Below are positions 9,833 through 19,989 of a stretch of DNA of 64,000 bases, one piece after another. The position numbers and the translations under genes are program-made. How positions within the stretch are numbered: position 1 is the first letter of the stretch; each line of letters opens with the position of its first letter. Origin of the DNA: Candidatus Poribacteria bacterium (GTDB lineage Bacteria > Poribacteria > WGA-4E > WGA-3G); the NCBI GenBank assembly GCA_965214095.1, contig OZ243938.1, positions 3,808,001-3,872,000 of the forward strand. The letters run 5' to 3'. The notes under the pieces were generated by a model. The model was not told the DNA's origin. It saw nothing but the letters and a program-made list of their open reading frames with translations, and did no database searches.

Positions 9833-10405
9833 TCACTTTGATTTCCTACCTTGTTGTGCGTATGTTTCAATTGCCGTTGTCAATGCGAATTCTAAAAATG
9901 CAATTGCTTGCTCTCGCGACACAGAAGGGAATCCGTCAAGAAAGTCATCAAGACTCTCTCCTGCTCCCAAATGGTGAATTAGCGACTGTATCGGTACACG
10001 AGTCCCGATAAACACTGTTGCTCCATGGTGAATGTTGGGGTCTTGGTTTATCATTGTTTTGTATAAACGAAACGCAGTCCACTCGGTATCTACATTTTGT
10101 CTATAACTTTCATCACCGCTTTTGTAAAACCTTTTTGGGGGACACACTGTTGACATAAACTGGATCTGTGTCGCTTGAGATAATTTATCACATATATCTT
10201 CAATAACCCTTCCGTCACGTTTTGTCCGCTCCATTCTGGGTATTACTCGGATATATAGGACATCATTACTCACTTGCTCCAAAAAATTTTCTGACAATTT
10301 TTTGGACATGTGGTCACTATATTCCAAGAATGGATAATCGTCCTTTAGAATACGTTCCAGTTCATGGACAACAAATGGGTTTTCGTGTAGTTTTTCCATC
10401 ATCAT
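9833..10405 (-). CDS. DUF433 antitoxin with ~115-aa unknown N-terminal extension
   Basis: C-terminal DP.I.HG..VF.GTRVP......L.AGESLDDFL..FPSVSREQA. Confidence 0.75.
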   Translation of the reverse strand: MMMEKLHENPFVVHELERILKDDYPFLEYSDHMSKKLSENFLEQVSNDVLYIRVIPRMERTKRDGRVIEDICDKLSQATQIQFMSTVCPPKRFYKSGDESYRQNVDTEWTAFRLYKTMINQDPNIHHGATVFIGTRVPIQSLIHHLGAGESLDDFLDGFPSVSREQAIAFLEFALTTAIETYAQQGRKSK

Positions 10406-10661
10406 ACCTTCTGATATTTTGCTGTGTCAGAATAGCAAAAGAGTGGATAAAATTGGATAGAGTTTGATAAGTAATTATCAGCCCCTAAACACAATTAGAG
10501 AATAACACCAATACACCAAAAAGTCAAGTAAGTAACAACATTTGGTAATTCTAAAAAGCTCTCAAAAGCCAATGTCTATCAACAATTTCTTACTCTCAAT
10601 TTGAAGTTATGAAAATGCTAATTGACATATCCAAATTAAGTGTAGGATTTCTGCAATTAAT

Positions 10662-10690
10662 TTGACTTTCTGCCTGTTGGGAAGTATAAT
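10662..10690 (+). promoter_or_regulatory. Sigma70-type promoter of tRNA-Leu
   Basis: TTGACT-17 nt-TATAAT. Confidence 0.75.
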
Positions 10691-10698
10691 AATTAAAT

Positions 10699-10781
10699 GC
10701 CTCTGTGGTGGAATTGGTATACACGGCAGGTTGAGGGCCTGTGCCTTAATTGGCGTGCTGGTTCGAGTCCAGTCGGAGGCA
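10699..10781 (+). tRNA. tRNA-Leu(GAG)
   Basis: Cloverleaf with long variable arm, GAG anticodon, GGTTCGAGTCC; CCA not encoded. Confidence 0.93.
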
Positions 10782-10828
10782 TCTTCCCAGTTCTTCAACT
10801 CCATTTCTGTTAGTCTACATAATTGGCA

Positions 10829-11959
10829 CTATTCAGTTAAGAGTTGTTGATAAACTTCATAAGTGCGTTCTGCAATTGTCTCCCATGTAAAGTTTTGTAC
10901 CCTCACTAACCCGCGTTCTTGCAGAGATTGATATAGCGAGAGATTGTTTGCAATCTGTGTAATTTTTTCTGCTAAGACTTTAGTATCTCCTTCAGGAAAA
11001 ACCAAACCAGCGTCCCCGATAACTTGTGGAATTTCACCTGAATCTGATCCAATGACAGGTACTTCACACGCCATTCCTTCAATGAGGACTCTACCAAAAA
11101 ATTCTACCCAATCTGGAGTTGTGCGGGAAGGCAGGACTAATGTATCCATACAGTTGATATAGTTGGGTACTTCTTCTGGGGGAACGGCATCAATCCAAAC
11201 AATTTTATCTGTAATATTATGTTGGGTAGCTAATTCTTGAAACTTTGATTTATCCTCACCACTTCCGAGTAATAGTAGTTTGAATGGGAATTCAAGTTCT
11301 GCTGCTGCTTCAATGAGTGTATCAACACCCTTCATTTGAAGAAGTCGTCCGACATAACCGATTACAAAAGAATCTGAAAGTCCGAGAGTTTGTTTCAGTT
11401 GACGCGTATCGTGTTTCTGAAAAAGTGAAACATCAACTCCATTTGGAAACGGAATTTGCTTGCCTTGATAACCCCTCTGTTTTAGTATTTTACCTGCGTT
11501 CTCGCTGAGTGGAAAAGCAATGTCGGTTTCTCGGAAAACCTGTTTTTCGATCCAAATGGGCAAAGGACCAAAACGTTGTTTTGATGGAATACTGAGTGAG
11601 GTGCGGAAAATGAATCTGCTATCTGGACAGAACTTGCGTTTCAGCCGCGCTGTCTGCAAAGCATTAAGACTCCACGCCTCCTCTTCAAGATGAATGATAT
11701 CGGGTTTGAAGTCCTTGAAGTGTTGGGAGACACCTCTTCTGTAAAAAAATCTACTACCATAACCAGAAAACCGTATTGGACAAGGGACCTCTTCACAGTG
11801 GATGTCGGGTTCAAGTTCGAAATTAATCTTCTGAAAACTTTCGTACCATCGGTTAGGTGTGATGACACGCATAGTGACATCCGGTTTGGCTGCGATAAGA
11901 TCAAACTTTCTCCGATACGGTTTCATTATATAGGAGTGTGAAAGGACTAAAACACGCAC
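10829..11959 (-). CDS. Glycosyltransferase family 4
   Basis: YVGRL...KG, EFFGRVLIEGMACEVPVIGSDSG. Confidence 0.92.
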   Translation of the reverse strand: MRVLVLSHSYIMKPYRRKFDLIAAKPDVTMRVITPNRWYESFQKINFELEPDIHCEEVPCPIRFSGYGSRFFYRRGVSQHFKDFKPDIIHLEEEAWSLNALQTARLKRKFCPDSRFIFRTSLSIPSKQRFGPLPIWIEKQVFRETDIAFPLSENAGKILKQRGYQGKQIPFPNGVDVSLFQKHDTRQLKQTLGLSDSFVIGYVGRLLQMKGVDTLIEAAAELEFPFKLLLLGSGEDKSKFQELATQHNITDKIVWIDAVPPEEVPNYINCMDTLVLPSRTTPDWVEFFGRVLIEGMACEVPVIGSDSGEIPQVIGDAGLVFPEGDTKVLAEKITQIANNLSLYQSLQERGLVRVQNFTWETIAERTYEVYQQLLTE

Positions 11960-11978
11960 AAGATTTGTTTCAAGGTCT

Positions 11979-12341
11979 TTACTCTATATTATTTGCCTTA
12001 AATGTTAATTCATTTTCATCATTTTCTTCTGAATCATCATCATTTTCTGATGTTTCATCGGTTTCAGCTAGACCAGCCATGAGACCTTCAAGCTGTCTTC
12101 GGATACCGGCACGTTCCTCTTCAGTAGCTGATCGTGCGAGTTCCGATGCCTCACGCATTTCATCGTTGAGATTTTCCAACTCTTGGATCCTTGCATCTCT
12201 TTGTATCACATCGCTGTTGAGTCGTGCGATTTCAGCTTCAAGTGCAAGTTTTTCATCTCTTAATCTTTTTACAGTAGAGATAGCAAGGTCTACATGTTCT
12301 TCTAAAAGAAAAACTACATTTTCACCTGTTGTTTCAGACAT
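11979..12341 (-). CDS. ZapB-like coiled-coil cell division protein
   Basis: LEE.V..AI..V..LR.E...L coiled coil ending in IR.QLEGL; acidic tail. Confidence 0.6.
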   Translation of the reverse strand: MSETTGENVVFLLEEHVDLAISTVKRLRDEKLALEAEIARLNSDVIQRDARIQELENLNDEMREASELARSATEEERAGIRRQLEGLMAGLAETDETSENDDDSEENDENELTFKANNIE

Positions 12342-12443
12342 TGAATCCTCCTAATCTAAAATACAAAGCGATTAATCTATGATCGATATCACAAATTTCA
12401 AGATACGATAGAGTAGATTTACCAATCAAAAACAAGGAATATA

Positions 12444-13340
12444 TCAGATTTTTCTTTTTTTATTACTTAATGCAAGATGTTCAACGTCGTCCCAATTAGG
12501 TTGGTTTTGTGCATAATGAAATAGATATTGTTGTGCGTAGCCAACATATTCTCCAAAATATTGTCTGGCAAAATCTTGTATTTCTGTTGCTTTTGCTGTT
12601 TTACGGAGATATACGCGTTCAAAAATCCGTTTTATCCACACATCAATAGGCAATGCTGTGAGGTGTCCAAGAGAAAAGAGACAGATACAATCTGCGACCT
12701 TTTCTCCAACTCCCTGCAATTTCATCAGTTCATGTTTTGCATCAACGTAATCCAATTGTTTGAGCGTTTCTAACACTAATATGCCGTTGACGACGTTGTT
12801 GGCAGCATTCCAAAGATAACTCGCTCTGTATCCTGTTCCACATTCAAAAATTTTGTCAATACCGGCGTTGGCAAGTGTGTTGGGTGTTGGAAAAGTGTAA
12901 TCCACATATCCATCATATTCCACTTTCTGTCCAAACTGTTCAGAAAGCGTTCGGATGATTTTTCGGATACGCACTATATTGTTATTCTGTGATAATATGA
13001 ACGATGCTATGGTTTCCCAAATTTCCTGGTTTAGCAGTCGCATCCCTCTAAACTTATCTATTGCCCTATCAATATAGGCATCAACATTCACCGCATCCAG
13101 TATAAAAGCTAAATCCCTATTTAGATCAAGATAATGTGACATGTGCGATGTAAAAGTGATTTCATCTTCATCACGCGAACTATCTATAATTAAGGTATCA
13201 TTCTCTTGACAGATTTTGAGTATTCGTCCTTCAACGACACCGTAATAGGCATTATCTATCCTATTCCATCGAAATGATTGTCCAGATTCTAAGGTGTATT
13301 CCAAGTTAAAATCTGTGATATTATTTATATGCATAGGCAC
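12444..13340 (-). CDS. ogg: 8-oxoguanine DNA glycosylase (OGG1-type)
   Basis: TLESGQSFRW, SQNNNI.RI, GYRA, HhH-GPD GVGEKVADCICLF...PIDVW. Confidence 0.9.
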   Translation of the reverse strand: MPMHINNITDFNLEYTLESGQSFRWNRIDNAYYGVVEGRILKICQENDTLIIDSSRDEDEITFTSHMSHYLDLNRDLAFILDAVNVDAYIDRAIDKFRGMRLLNQEIWETIASFILSQNNNIVRIRKIIRTLSEQFGQKVEYDGYVDYTFPTPNTLANAGIDKIFECGTGYRASYLWNAANNVVNGILVLETLKQLDYVDAKHELMKLQGVGEKVADCICLFSLGHLTALPIDVWIKRIFERVYLRKTAKATEIQDFARQYFGEYVGYAQQYLFHYAQNQPNWDDVEHLALSNKKRKI

Positions 13341-13468
13341 TTTTATGGAATTATATGATAAATCAGAACAAAATGCAAGTGTTAAACGAAAAAATAATTG
13401 AAATATTCATCATAATTGGGTATCATTAACTGAAGTCAAATAAGAGAATTAGGAGAAAACAGAACGTT

Positions 13469-15445
13469 ATGATGATCTTTCTGCGTGAGAAATTCATTGC
13501 CCAAATTTTTATGTGGGTGATTGCTGTTATTTTTGTGCTTGTCTCAGTAATGGTTGGGCCACAGTTGTTTAGTGGTTCAAGTGGTCAACGGGGCGAAGGT
13601 GCTCAGGGAGAAGTCGTGCTCAAAATAGATGCATTAGAAGTGACAAGAGGACATTTTGAGGATTTAGTCTCGCAGCAAATGCGGTCACAGCAAAACAATA
13701 GATTTGGTGGAGTTACTGATCGAAAAGAGATGGAAAAACAGATAATTGATAGTTTGATTAGTCGGGCAATTGAAGGTAGTGCCAATATAAGCGAGGCTGA
13801 AGTTGAGTACTATATCCGAAGTGATGAAAATAGAGTTCGACAGTATAATCAATTTGGACCTGATGTAGCCCAACTTTATAAACAGAATGTGCGCCTCTTT
13901 CTTAGTTCTACAGCATTACGCGAAGGCATTCAAACGCTTGAATTGGTTACGGATACAGAAGCCGAACAATCTTTTCACCTTGAGGCAGAAAAGGCAAAGG
14001 TAAAATATATTGAGTTTCGACATAGTGATTATATTTCAACAGTAAACGTTGATGATGCAGAAGCGGAAGCTTATTTTGAAGAAAACAGAGATGATTATAG
14101 AACAGAAGAACAGGTGAATGTGAAGTTCATCAAAATTAATCCTGTGGATTTTGTTACACAACATGATATTGTCACATATTATACAGAAAATGAGAGCGAA
14201 TTTAAGACAGAAGATTTAGTTAGAGCACGTCACATATTAAAGAAGTTCCCAGAGAATGCGACAGACGAACAGAAAGCAGAAACTAAAACGGCAGCAGAAG
14301 AATTACTAAAAACTGTTAAGTCAGGTTTAGCTGCGGGAACATCTTTTGCTGACTTGGCGAAGGAACATTCAGAAGGACCCTCTGGCGCGGATGGCGGGGC
14401 ATTAGGCACTCCCAATCCGGATCTTCCACCTGGCAAATATTTTGGTCGTGGTCAAATGGTCAAACCGTTTGAAGAAGCGTGTTTTGATACTTTAAAACCT
14501 AGTGAAGTGAGTGAGTTGGTTGAAACTCGGTTCGGATATCATATAATTACCTTGGAAGAAAAATTTACATCAACTCTCAAACCCTTCGCTGAAGTGGAAG
14601 GTGAAATTCGTGATAAACTTGTTCAGATCAATGGAGTGGATGGTGCCAAAGAGGTAGCTGAAAATCTACTCTTTAACATTGAAATTGGGGACTATGAGTC
14701 AGCAATTTTGGATGATATGTATAAAAATCTTTCACTATCTGTGGGTGAAACTGACTTTTTCCCAAAAGATGCATTGAGTATTCCAGATATCGGATCTTTG
14801 TTTACTTACGGTGGATTGGTTAAGGAACTTTTTGATATGGAAGTGGGTGTGACAAATACAATTGAAACAAAGAGCTACAGTGGTGATGTGTCTGCATATT
14901 TTGTTGCGACAGTTCTTGGAAAGAAACCACCAACAATTCCGCAATTTGAGGAAGTGAAAGATGATGTAATCACTGGGTCTGACGGTTTGCGTAATAGAAA
15001 GGCAAAAGCGAGTGCATTCGCAGCTGCACAAGAACTATTTAGTATGTACACTGACAATGAATCGTTGGATGACCTTATCAAGAAGTATAAAGCACCTGAA
15101 GACTCAAATACCTCAGAAAAGTCTGTTCAAGAAAGCAGCCTCTTTAATCTGAATAAAGGCAGTTCTTATGTATCTGGCATGGGAAACTCTAAGCATGTGA
15201 TGTTCGCTGCGTTTAATATGTCAGTAGGTGATGTGCGGGGTCCATTCCAAGGAGATTCAGCTGCTTATATAATTGAATTAGTTGAGCGGGTAGAACCAGA
15301 CTTGGAAGCGTACCAAACTGATCCGAGTCTGAAAACGAAACGTTACCAAAGTTTGCTACAACAGAAGAAACAAGATGCTTATGCCAATTGGTTAGCTGCA
15401 AGGAAAAAGGCAGCAAATATTTGGATCCATGAGGACTATCGTTAA
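13469..15445 (+). CDS. PpiD/SurA-type membrane-anchored peptidyl-prolyl isomerase
   Basis: N-terminal TM, ARHIL, FADLAKEHS, MVKPFEEA.F, TRFGYHII parvulin motifs. Confidence 0.85.
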   Translation: MMIFLREKFIAQIFMWVIAVIFVLVSVMVGPQLFSGSSGQRGEGAQGEVVLKIDALEVTRGHFEDLVSQQMRSQQNNRFGGVTDRKEMEKQIIDSLISRAIEGSANISEAEVEYYIRSDENRVRQYNQFGPDVAQLYKQNVRLFLSSTALREGIQTLELVTDTEAEQSFHLEAEKAKVKYIEFRHSDYISTVNVDDAEAEAYFEENRDDYRTEEQVNVKFIKINPVDFVTQHDIVTYYTENESEFKTEDLVRARHILKKFPENATDEQKAETKTAAEELLKTVKSGLAAGTSFADLAKEHSEGPSGADGGALGTPNPDLPPGKYFGRGQMVKPFEEACFDTLKPSEVSELVETRFGYHIITLEEKFTSTLKPFAEVEGEIRDKLVQINGVDGAKEVAENLLFNIEIGDYESAILDDMYKNLSLSVGETDFFPKDALSIPDIGSLFTYGGLVKELFDMEVGVTNTIETKSYSGDVSAYFVATVLGKKPPTIPQFEEVKDDVITGSDGLRNRKAKASAFAAAQELFSMYTDNESLDDLIKKYKAPEDSNTSEKSVQESSLFNLNKGSSYVSGMGNSKHVMFAAFNMSVGDVRGPFQGDSAAYIIELVERVEPDLEAYQTDPSLKTKRYQSLLQQKKQDAYANWLAARKKAANIWIHEDYR

Positions 15446-16509
15446 TTGAGAATCTCGTAGAAGAAGTTTCTACGTTTTGGGACAAATCCTAATTCAGATA
15501 TGGTACGTTCAATTTCCTCTATTGGCATGCAATAGACAGTTCCTGCTTTACTAACGACGTTTTCTTCTATCATCGTTCCACCCATATCGTTTGCCCCAAA
15601 CTTCAGTGAAAGTTGTCCGATTTTGGGACCTTGCGTTACCCAGGAAGATTGGAAGTTTTCAATATTGTCCAGAACTAAGCGTGAAATAGCCAGAGTTTTG
15701 AGATATTCGAAACTGCCTGCAGGTGGAATGTGTGCGAGTTCAGTATTACTTGGTTGAAATGACCAACAGATAAATGCGGTGAATCCACCGGTTTCATCTT
15801 GTAGTTCGCGTAACCGCATGAGATGTTCAACGCGTTCAGCGTAACTTTCAACGTGTCCATACATCATAGTCGCACTGGATTTTAGTCCGACCATGTGTCC
15901 CTGCCGCATTACTTCAAGCCATTCGTCTGCGGTACACTTTTTCGGACTGATGATGTTTCGTGCATGGTCAGTTAATATTTCGGCACCGCCGCCAGGAATA
16001 GAGTCAAGTCCAGCATCCCGTAGTCGAATAAGCATTTCTCTTAGCGACATCCGATTTATTTTTGCGAACCAATCAAGTTCGGGTGGAGAAAATCCGTGTA
16101 TATGAATTTTGTAGTTTGCCTTGATCCAACGGAGTAAATCTTCATACCATTCTAATTTGAGTTTTGGGTGGAGACCACCCTGCATCAAAATAAGTTCTCC
16201 GCCTAAATCAAGTGTTTCTTGTATTTTTTGTCCGAGTTCATCACGTTCCATGACATAAGCATCTGGGTCTTTCCTATGTCGGTAGAATGCACAGAAATCG
16301 CAATCCACATAACACCAGTTGGTATAATTAATATTCCTATCCACAATATATGTGATGTAACCTTCAGGGTGTTTTCGTTGTCGGATAACATCTGCTGCGT
16401 GTCCAAGTGGAAGCAGGTCATGACTTTTGAAGAGCGTTAGTGCATCATCAAAGTCTAAACGTTCACCAGCGAGTGCTTTTTCTAAAATAAGTTGTACTGT
16501 TGGAACCAT
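15442..16509 (-). CDS. mqnC: Cyclic dehypoxanthinyl futalosine synthase (radical SAM)
   Basis: RNINYTN.C...C.FCAF, PGGGAEIL, SWVTQG, GANDMGGTMIEENVV. Confidence 0.9.
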   Translation of the reverse strand: MVPTVQLILEKALAGERLDFDDALTLFKSHDLLPLGHAADVIRQRKHPEGYITYIVDRNINYTNWCYVDCDFCAFYRHRKDPDAYVMERDELGQKIQETLDLGGELILMQGGLHPKLKLEWYEDLLRWIKANYKIHIHGFSPPELDWFAKINRMSLREMLIRLRDAGLDSIPGGGAEILTDHARNIISPKKCTADEWLEVMRQGHMVGLKSSATMMYGHVESYAERVEHLMRLRELQDETGGFTAFICWSFQPSNTELAHIPPAGSFEYLKTLAISRLVLDNIENFQSSWVTQGPKIGQLSLKFGANDMGGTMIEENVVSKAGTVYCMPIEEIERTISELGFVPKRRNFFYEILN

Positions 16510-16590
16510 GTGTATTTGTTTCCTTCTGAAATTGTGTCAAGTTTATGATAGTATTTTACCACTTTTCCTAAGTATATGTCAAAAATTAAT

Positions 16591-16619
16591 TTGACTTCAC
16601 TTGAGAATATTGGTATAAT
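16591..16619 (+). promoter_or_regulatory. Sigma70-type promoter of rpoZ
   Basis: TTGACT-17 nt-TATAAT. Confidence 0.7.
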
Positions 16620-16654
16620 TATAAGTTGAGTCTTGTATTCACGGAGATGATAAA

Positions 16655-17044
16655 ATGGCAATAGTTTATCTTGAGGAATTGGCTGAAAAAGTGCCAAACA
16701 AATACCTTGCAGTTAATGTAATTGCAAAACGTGCGCGTTCAATAAATGATGAACTTTTGGGAGCTGGTTTGTCTCAAAAACAGAAACCTGTTTCAGAAGC
16801 AACTGATGACTTGGCTTCGGGTAAATTATCGTACCAGAAGCTTGATTCTGATACTCCAGAATCTGAGAGTCAGCCTATTTTCACATTAGAATCTGAGGAG
16901 CATGAAGAAGCGGAGGAAGAAAATCCTTTAGCTGACATCTATGGAGAAAATGCCTCTGATGCAGATGAAATAGAACCCACAGAAGTGGAAGTTGATAAGA
17001 CACAGGAAGAAACCGAAGTTGGATTAGACGAGAGTTCTGAGTAA
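16655..17044 (+). CDS. rpoZ: RNA polymerase omega subunit with acidic C-terminal tail
   Basis: KVPNKYLAVNVIAKRAR.I...KPV..A. Confidence 0.85.
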   Translation: MAIVYLEELAEKVPNKYLAVNVIAKRARSINDELLGAGLSQKQKPVSEATDDLASGKLSYQKLDSDTPESESQPIFTLESEEHEEAEEENPLADIYGENASDADEIEPTEVEVDKTQEETEVGLDESSE

Positions 17045-17066
17045 TCCGCTGAAGACCAAGATTTTT

Positions 17067-17095
17067 TTGACAAATACATCTAAAGTTTGTATACT
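17067..17095 (+). promoter_or_regulatory. Sigma70-type promoter of the tRNA/secE cluster
   Basis: TTGACA-17 nt-TATACT. Confidence 0.75.
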
Positions 17096-17177
17096 TAAAA
17101 GGTGGAATAACCAAGGACTCTAACAATAGTCTGAAATGCACACATTTCATGTAAAGTGAAGAGATAAATGTTTGTGT

Positions 17178-17249
17178 GCTGACGTGGCTCAATGGTAGAG
17201 CAAGTGATTTGTAATCACTAGGTTGGAGGTTCGATTCCTCTCGTCAGCT
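17178..17249 (+). tRNA. tRNA-Thr(TGT)
   Basis: Cloverleaf, anticodon stem GTGAT/ATCAC around TGT. Confidence 0.95.
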
Positions 17250-17256
17250 TCATTTT

Positions 17257-17338
17257 GGGGGTGTGCTTGAGCGGTCAAAAAGGGCAGACTGTAAATCTGT
17301 TGGCTATGCCTACGGCGGTTCGAATCCGTCCGCCCCCA
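17257..17338 (+). tRNA. tRNA-Tyr(GTA)
   Basis: GCAGACTGTAAATCTGT anticodon arm, long variable arm. Confidence 0.95.
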
Positions 17339-17349
17339 TTCGTTCTTGT

Positions 17350-17422
17350 GCGGGAGTAGCTCAGCTGGTAGAGCATTGGCCTTCCAAGCCATGCGTCGCG
17401 GGTTCGAATCCCGTCTCCCGCT
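17350..17422 (+). tRNA. tRNA-Gly(TCC)
   Basis: GCGGGAG/CTCCCGC acceptor stem, TCC anticodon. Confidence 0.95.
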
Positions 17423-17440
17423 TGTGATACCTACTGAATT

Positions 17441-17516
<76 letters not shown>

Positions 17517-17544
17517 CATCAATAAAAACGAAGGTTGGTAAATT

Positions 17545-17697
17545 ATGCCAAGAGACATCGTAACTTTAGCATGTGATACATGCAAACAACGAAATTATAT
17601 AACAACCCGTAATAGACGGACTCAGCAGGATCGGTATGAACGCAAGAAATATTGTCGTTTCTGCCGTAAACATACACTCCATAAGGAGATACGATAA
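17545..17697 (+). CDS. rpmG: 50S ribosomal protein L33 (zinc-binding type)
   Basis: Not in the ORF track; [18 protein letters not shown]...[17 protein letters not shown]. Confidence 0.95.
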   Translation: MPRDIVTLACDTCKQRNYITTRNRRTQQDRYERKKYCRFCRKHTLHKEIR

Positions 17698-17709
17698 CAT
17701 TCATCGTAC

Positions 17710-17783
17710 AGGCCAGTAGCTCGAACTGGTAGAGCGCCGGTCTCCAAAACCGGATGTTGGGGGTTCGAATCCCTCCTGGCCTG
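17710..17783 (+). tRNA. tRNA-Trp(CCA)
   Basis: CCGGTCTCCAAAACCGG anticodon arm; position before secE. Confidence 0.95.
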
Positions 17784-17792
17784 CCTTGTATC

Positions 17793-18173
17793 ATGATAGC
17801 AAGAATAAAAAATTACATACAGAATATTATATTGGAATGGCAAAAGGTTTCTAAACCGGACGCGGAACAGGTTCGTGGTAGTACGATTGTAGTATTGGTT
17901 GCGTCTGGATTGTTAGGACTTTTCCTGTGGTTGGTTGATGGCAGTTCTGGTAGACCTATTTGGACATGGCCCATGAATCTGCTACTGATAATAATTCCTA
18001 TTTCGGTATTTGTTCTTGGTAAAGGTTTAGAAAACCGTCGGATACACATAACAATCATCGCTTGTATACCTCTAATCGTAGTTCTTGCTAGCACCTATGT
18101 TCTGGGACTTGATGAGCCACTTAGAGGATTTGGGATGTCCTTTTTAAGAGAGTTATTTTTGAGTGGGAATTAA
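17793..18173 (+). CDS. secE: Preprotein translocase SecE with extra TM segments
   Basis: E..KVS.P....V..ST.VVLV motif; lies between tRNA-Trp and nusG. Confidence 0.85.
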   Translation: MIARIKNYIQNIILEWQKVSKPDAEQVRGSTIVVLVASGLLGLFLWLVDGSSGRPIWTWPMNLLLIIIPISVFVLGKGLENRRIHITIIACIPLIVVLASTYVLGLDEPLRGFGMSFLRELFLSGN

Positions 18174-18175
18174 TC

Positions 18176-18748
18176 ATGAATGGCAATTGGTATATCGTAC
18201 AGGTCTATACTGGACACGAAAAGAAAATACAGTCTATCCTTGAGAGACGGCTTCTGTCTGATACCGATACTGACAAGGGACTTCGTGATGAAATTTTACA
18301 GATAAATGTTCCTATGTCTACCACTGTAAGGAATGTTGATGGAAACCGGAAGGTAAGAAGCGGTCCAACGTATCCGGGATATGTTCTTGTCAACACCATG
18401 CATGCAATTGGTCCTCATGCTGAAAATTCACTTGGACAGAAAGCATGGTCATTTGTGCAAGAAACACCTGGCGTGATGAATTTTCTCGGTAATGCCAACC
18501 CGATTCCATTGAGTACTGAAGATGTAGAACGAATGCTTGAAAGTTCAACCGTAGAAGAAGACGTGCCTGTTCCAGAGATGGTATATAATGTTGGTGATAA
18601 AGTTCGCGTGATTGAGGGACCTTTCAGTTCTTTTACTGCTGAGATTCTTGGAATTGATATGCAACGTCAACGCTTAAGTCTTTCAATTACAATCTTTGGA
18701 CGTTCAACTCCACTTGAATTAGGGTTCATGGGTGTTGAAAGGTTATAA
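18176..18748 (+). CDS. nusG: Transcription antitermination factor NusG
   Basis: WY.VQ.YTG.E, YPGYVLV, TPGV..F.G, KOW EGPF..F, IFGRSTP. Confidence 0.97.
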   Translation: MNGNWYIVQVYTGHEKKIQSILERRLLSDTDTDKGLRDEILQINVPMSTTVRNVDGNRKVRSGPTYPGYVLVNTMHAIGPHAENSLGQKAWSFVQETPGVMNFLGNANPIPLSTEDVERMLESSTVEEDVPVPEMVYNVGDKVRVIEGPFSSFTAEILGIDMQRQRLSLSITIFGRSTPLELGFMGVERL

Positions 18749-18777
18749 TTGTTAGGAAGATATGGAGAAGAATATAA

Positions 18778-19200
18778 ATGGCAAAAAAAGTAGCAGGTGA
18801 AGTCAAACTTCAATTAGTGTCTGGACAAGCAACACCACAACCACCGGTTGGTCCGAGTCTGGCACCTTATGCGATTAATCTGCAGGAATTTATCAAAACC
18901 TTTAATGCCCAGACGCAGCAGCAAAGTGGTATGATTGTTACCACTATTATAACGTGTTATAGTGATCGTTCCTTTACTTTTGTAGTAAAATCTCCTCCGG
19001 CTGCAGTTCTCTTAAAAACTGCCGCGAAAATTGTTAAAGGGTCCGGAGAACCGAATCGGAATAAGGTTGCCAATGTTACCAGTGACCAGATTCGTGAGAT
19101 TGCACAAACGAAATTACCGGATTTAAATACTACAGATATTGAAGCTGCAGTTCGTATGGTTGAAGGAACAGCACGAAGTATGGGATTGAACATAACCTAA
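18778..19200 (+). CDS. rplK: 50S ribosomal protein L11
   Basis: ATP.PPVGP.L, GTARSMG. Confidence 0.98.
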   Translation: MAKKVAGEVKLQLVSGQATPQPPVGPSLAPYAINLQEFIKTFNAQTQQQSGMIVTTIITCYSDRSFTFVVKSPPAAVLLKTAAKIVKGSGEPNRNKVANVTSDQIREIAQTKLPDLNTTDIEAAVRMVEGTARSMGLNIT

Positions 19201-19228
19201 CATTGAATAAGCAATTTTGGAGAGAACT

Positions 19229-19927
19229 ATGGCGAAAAGAGGAAAACGTTATCGCGATTTTGAACAGCATGTTGAAAAAGAGAATTTATACACAGTAAAC
19301 GAAGCAGTATCACTTGTAAAGCAGTCAGGCTCCGCGAAGTTTGATGAAACTATTGATTTGGCTTCCCGTCTTGGTGTAAATCCTGCAGTTGCTGAGCAGA
19401 ATATTCGTGGCACTGTCTCACTTCCACATGGTACAGGGAAATCTATTCGTGTTGTTGTGTTCGCTGAAGGCGACAAGGCGCGTGAAGCTGAGGAAGCAGG
19501 GGCAGATTTTGTTGGAACTGATGAGTTAGTTGATAAAATCGTTGATGGTTGGTTGGATTTTGATGCGACTGTTGCTACACCTGACCTGATGCGGAGTATC
19601 ATGCCGAAGTTAGGGAGAGTCCTTGGACCGCGTGGGTTAATGCCTAACCCGAAAGCCGGTACTGTTACAATGGATGTTGCAGAAACACTTCAGAACATCA
19701 AGGCAGGACAAATAGAATATCGTGTTGAACGGACATCGGGTATTGTTCATGTGCCAATTGGAAAAGTCTCATTTGAAGAAAATCAGATCAAGGATAACCT
19801 TACGACAGTAATGGATGCACTTGTGAAGGCACGTCCTTCTGGAACATCTGGAAGGTATATTAGGAGCATTGCGATTTCAGCGACGATGGGTGCTGGTATC
19901 CGAATAGATCCCCAAGAATTTGTGTGA
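19229..19927 (+). CDS. rplA: 50S ribosomal protein L1
   Basis: KFDET, LPHGTGK, LGPRGLMPNPK.GTVT. Confidence 0.98.
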   Translation: MAKRGKRYRDFEQHVEKENLYTVNEAVSLVKQSGSAKFDETIDLASRLGVNPAVAEQNIRGTVSLPHGTGKSIRVVVFAEGDKAREAEEAGADFVGTDELVDKIVDGWLDFDATVATPDLMRSIMPKLGRVLGPRGLMPNPKAGTVTMDVAETLQNIKAGQIEYRVERTSGIVHVPIGKVSFEENQIKDNLTTVMDALVKARPSGTSGRYIRSIAISATMGAGIRIDPQEFV

Positions 19928-19989
19928 TTAATACTACATAATTTTAGTGAATAAATAATAAAGGACAGACGACAACTTCGTAAAGCAGA

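Noticed and set aside
9300-10781. Integrative element at tRNA-Leu
   Set aside because: No integrase and no duplicated tRNA 3' end; accessory genes lie 5' of the tRNA.
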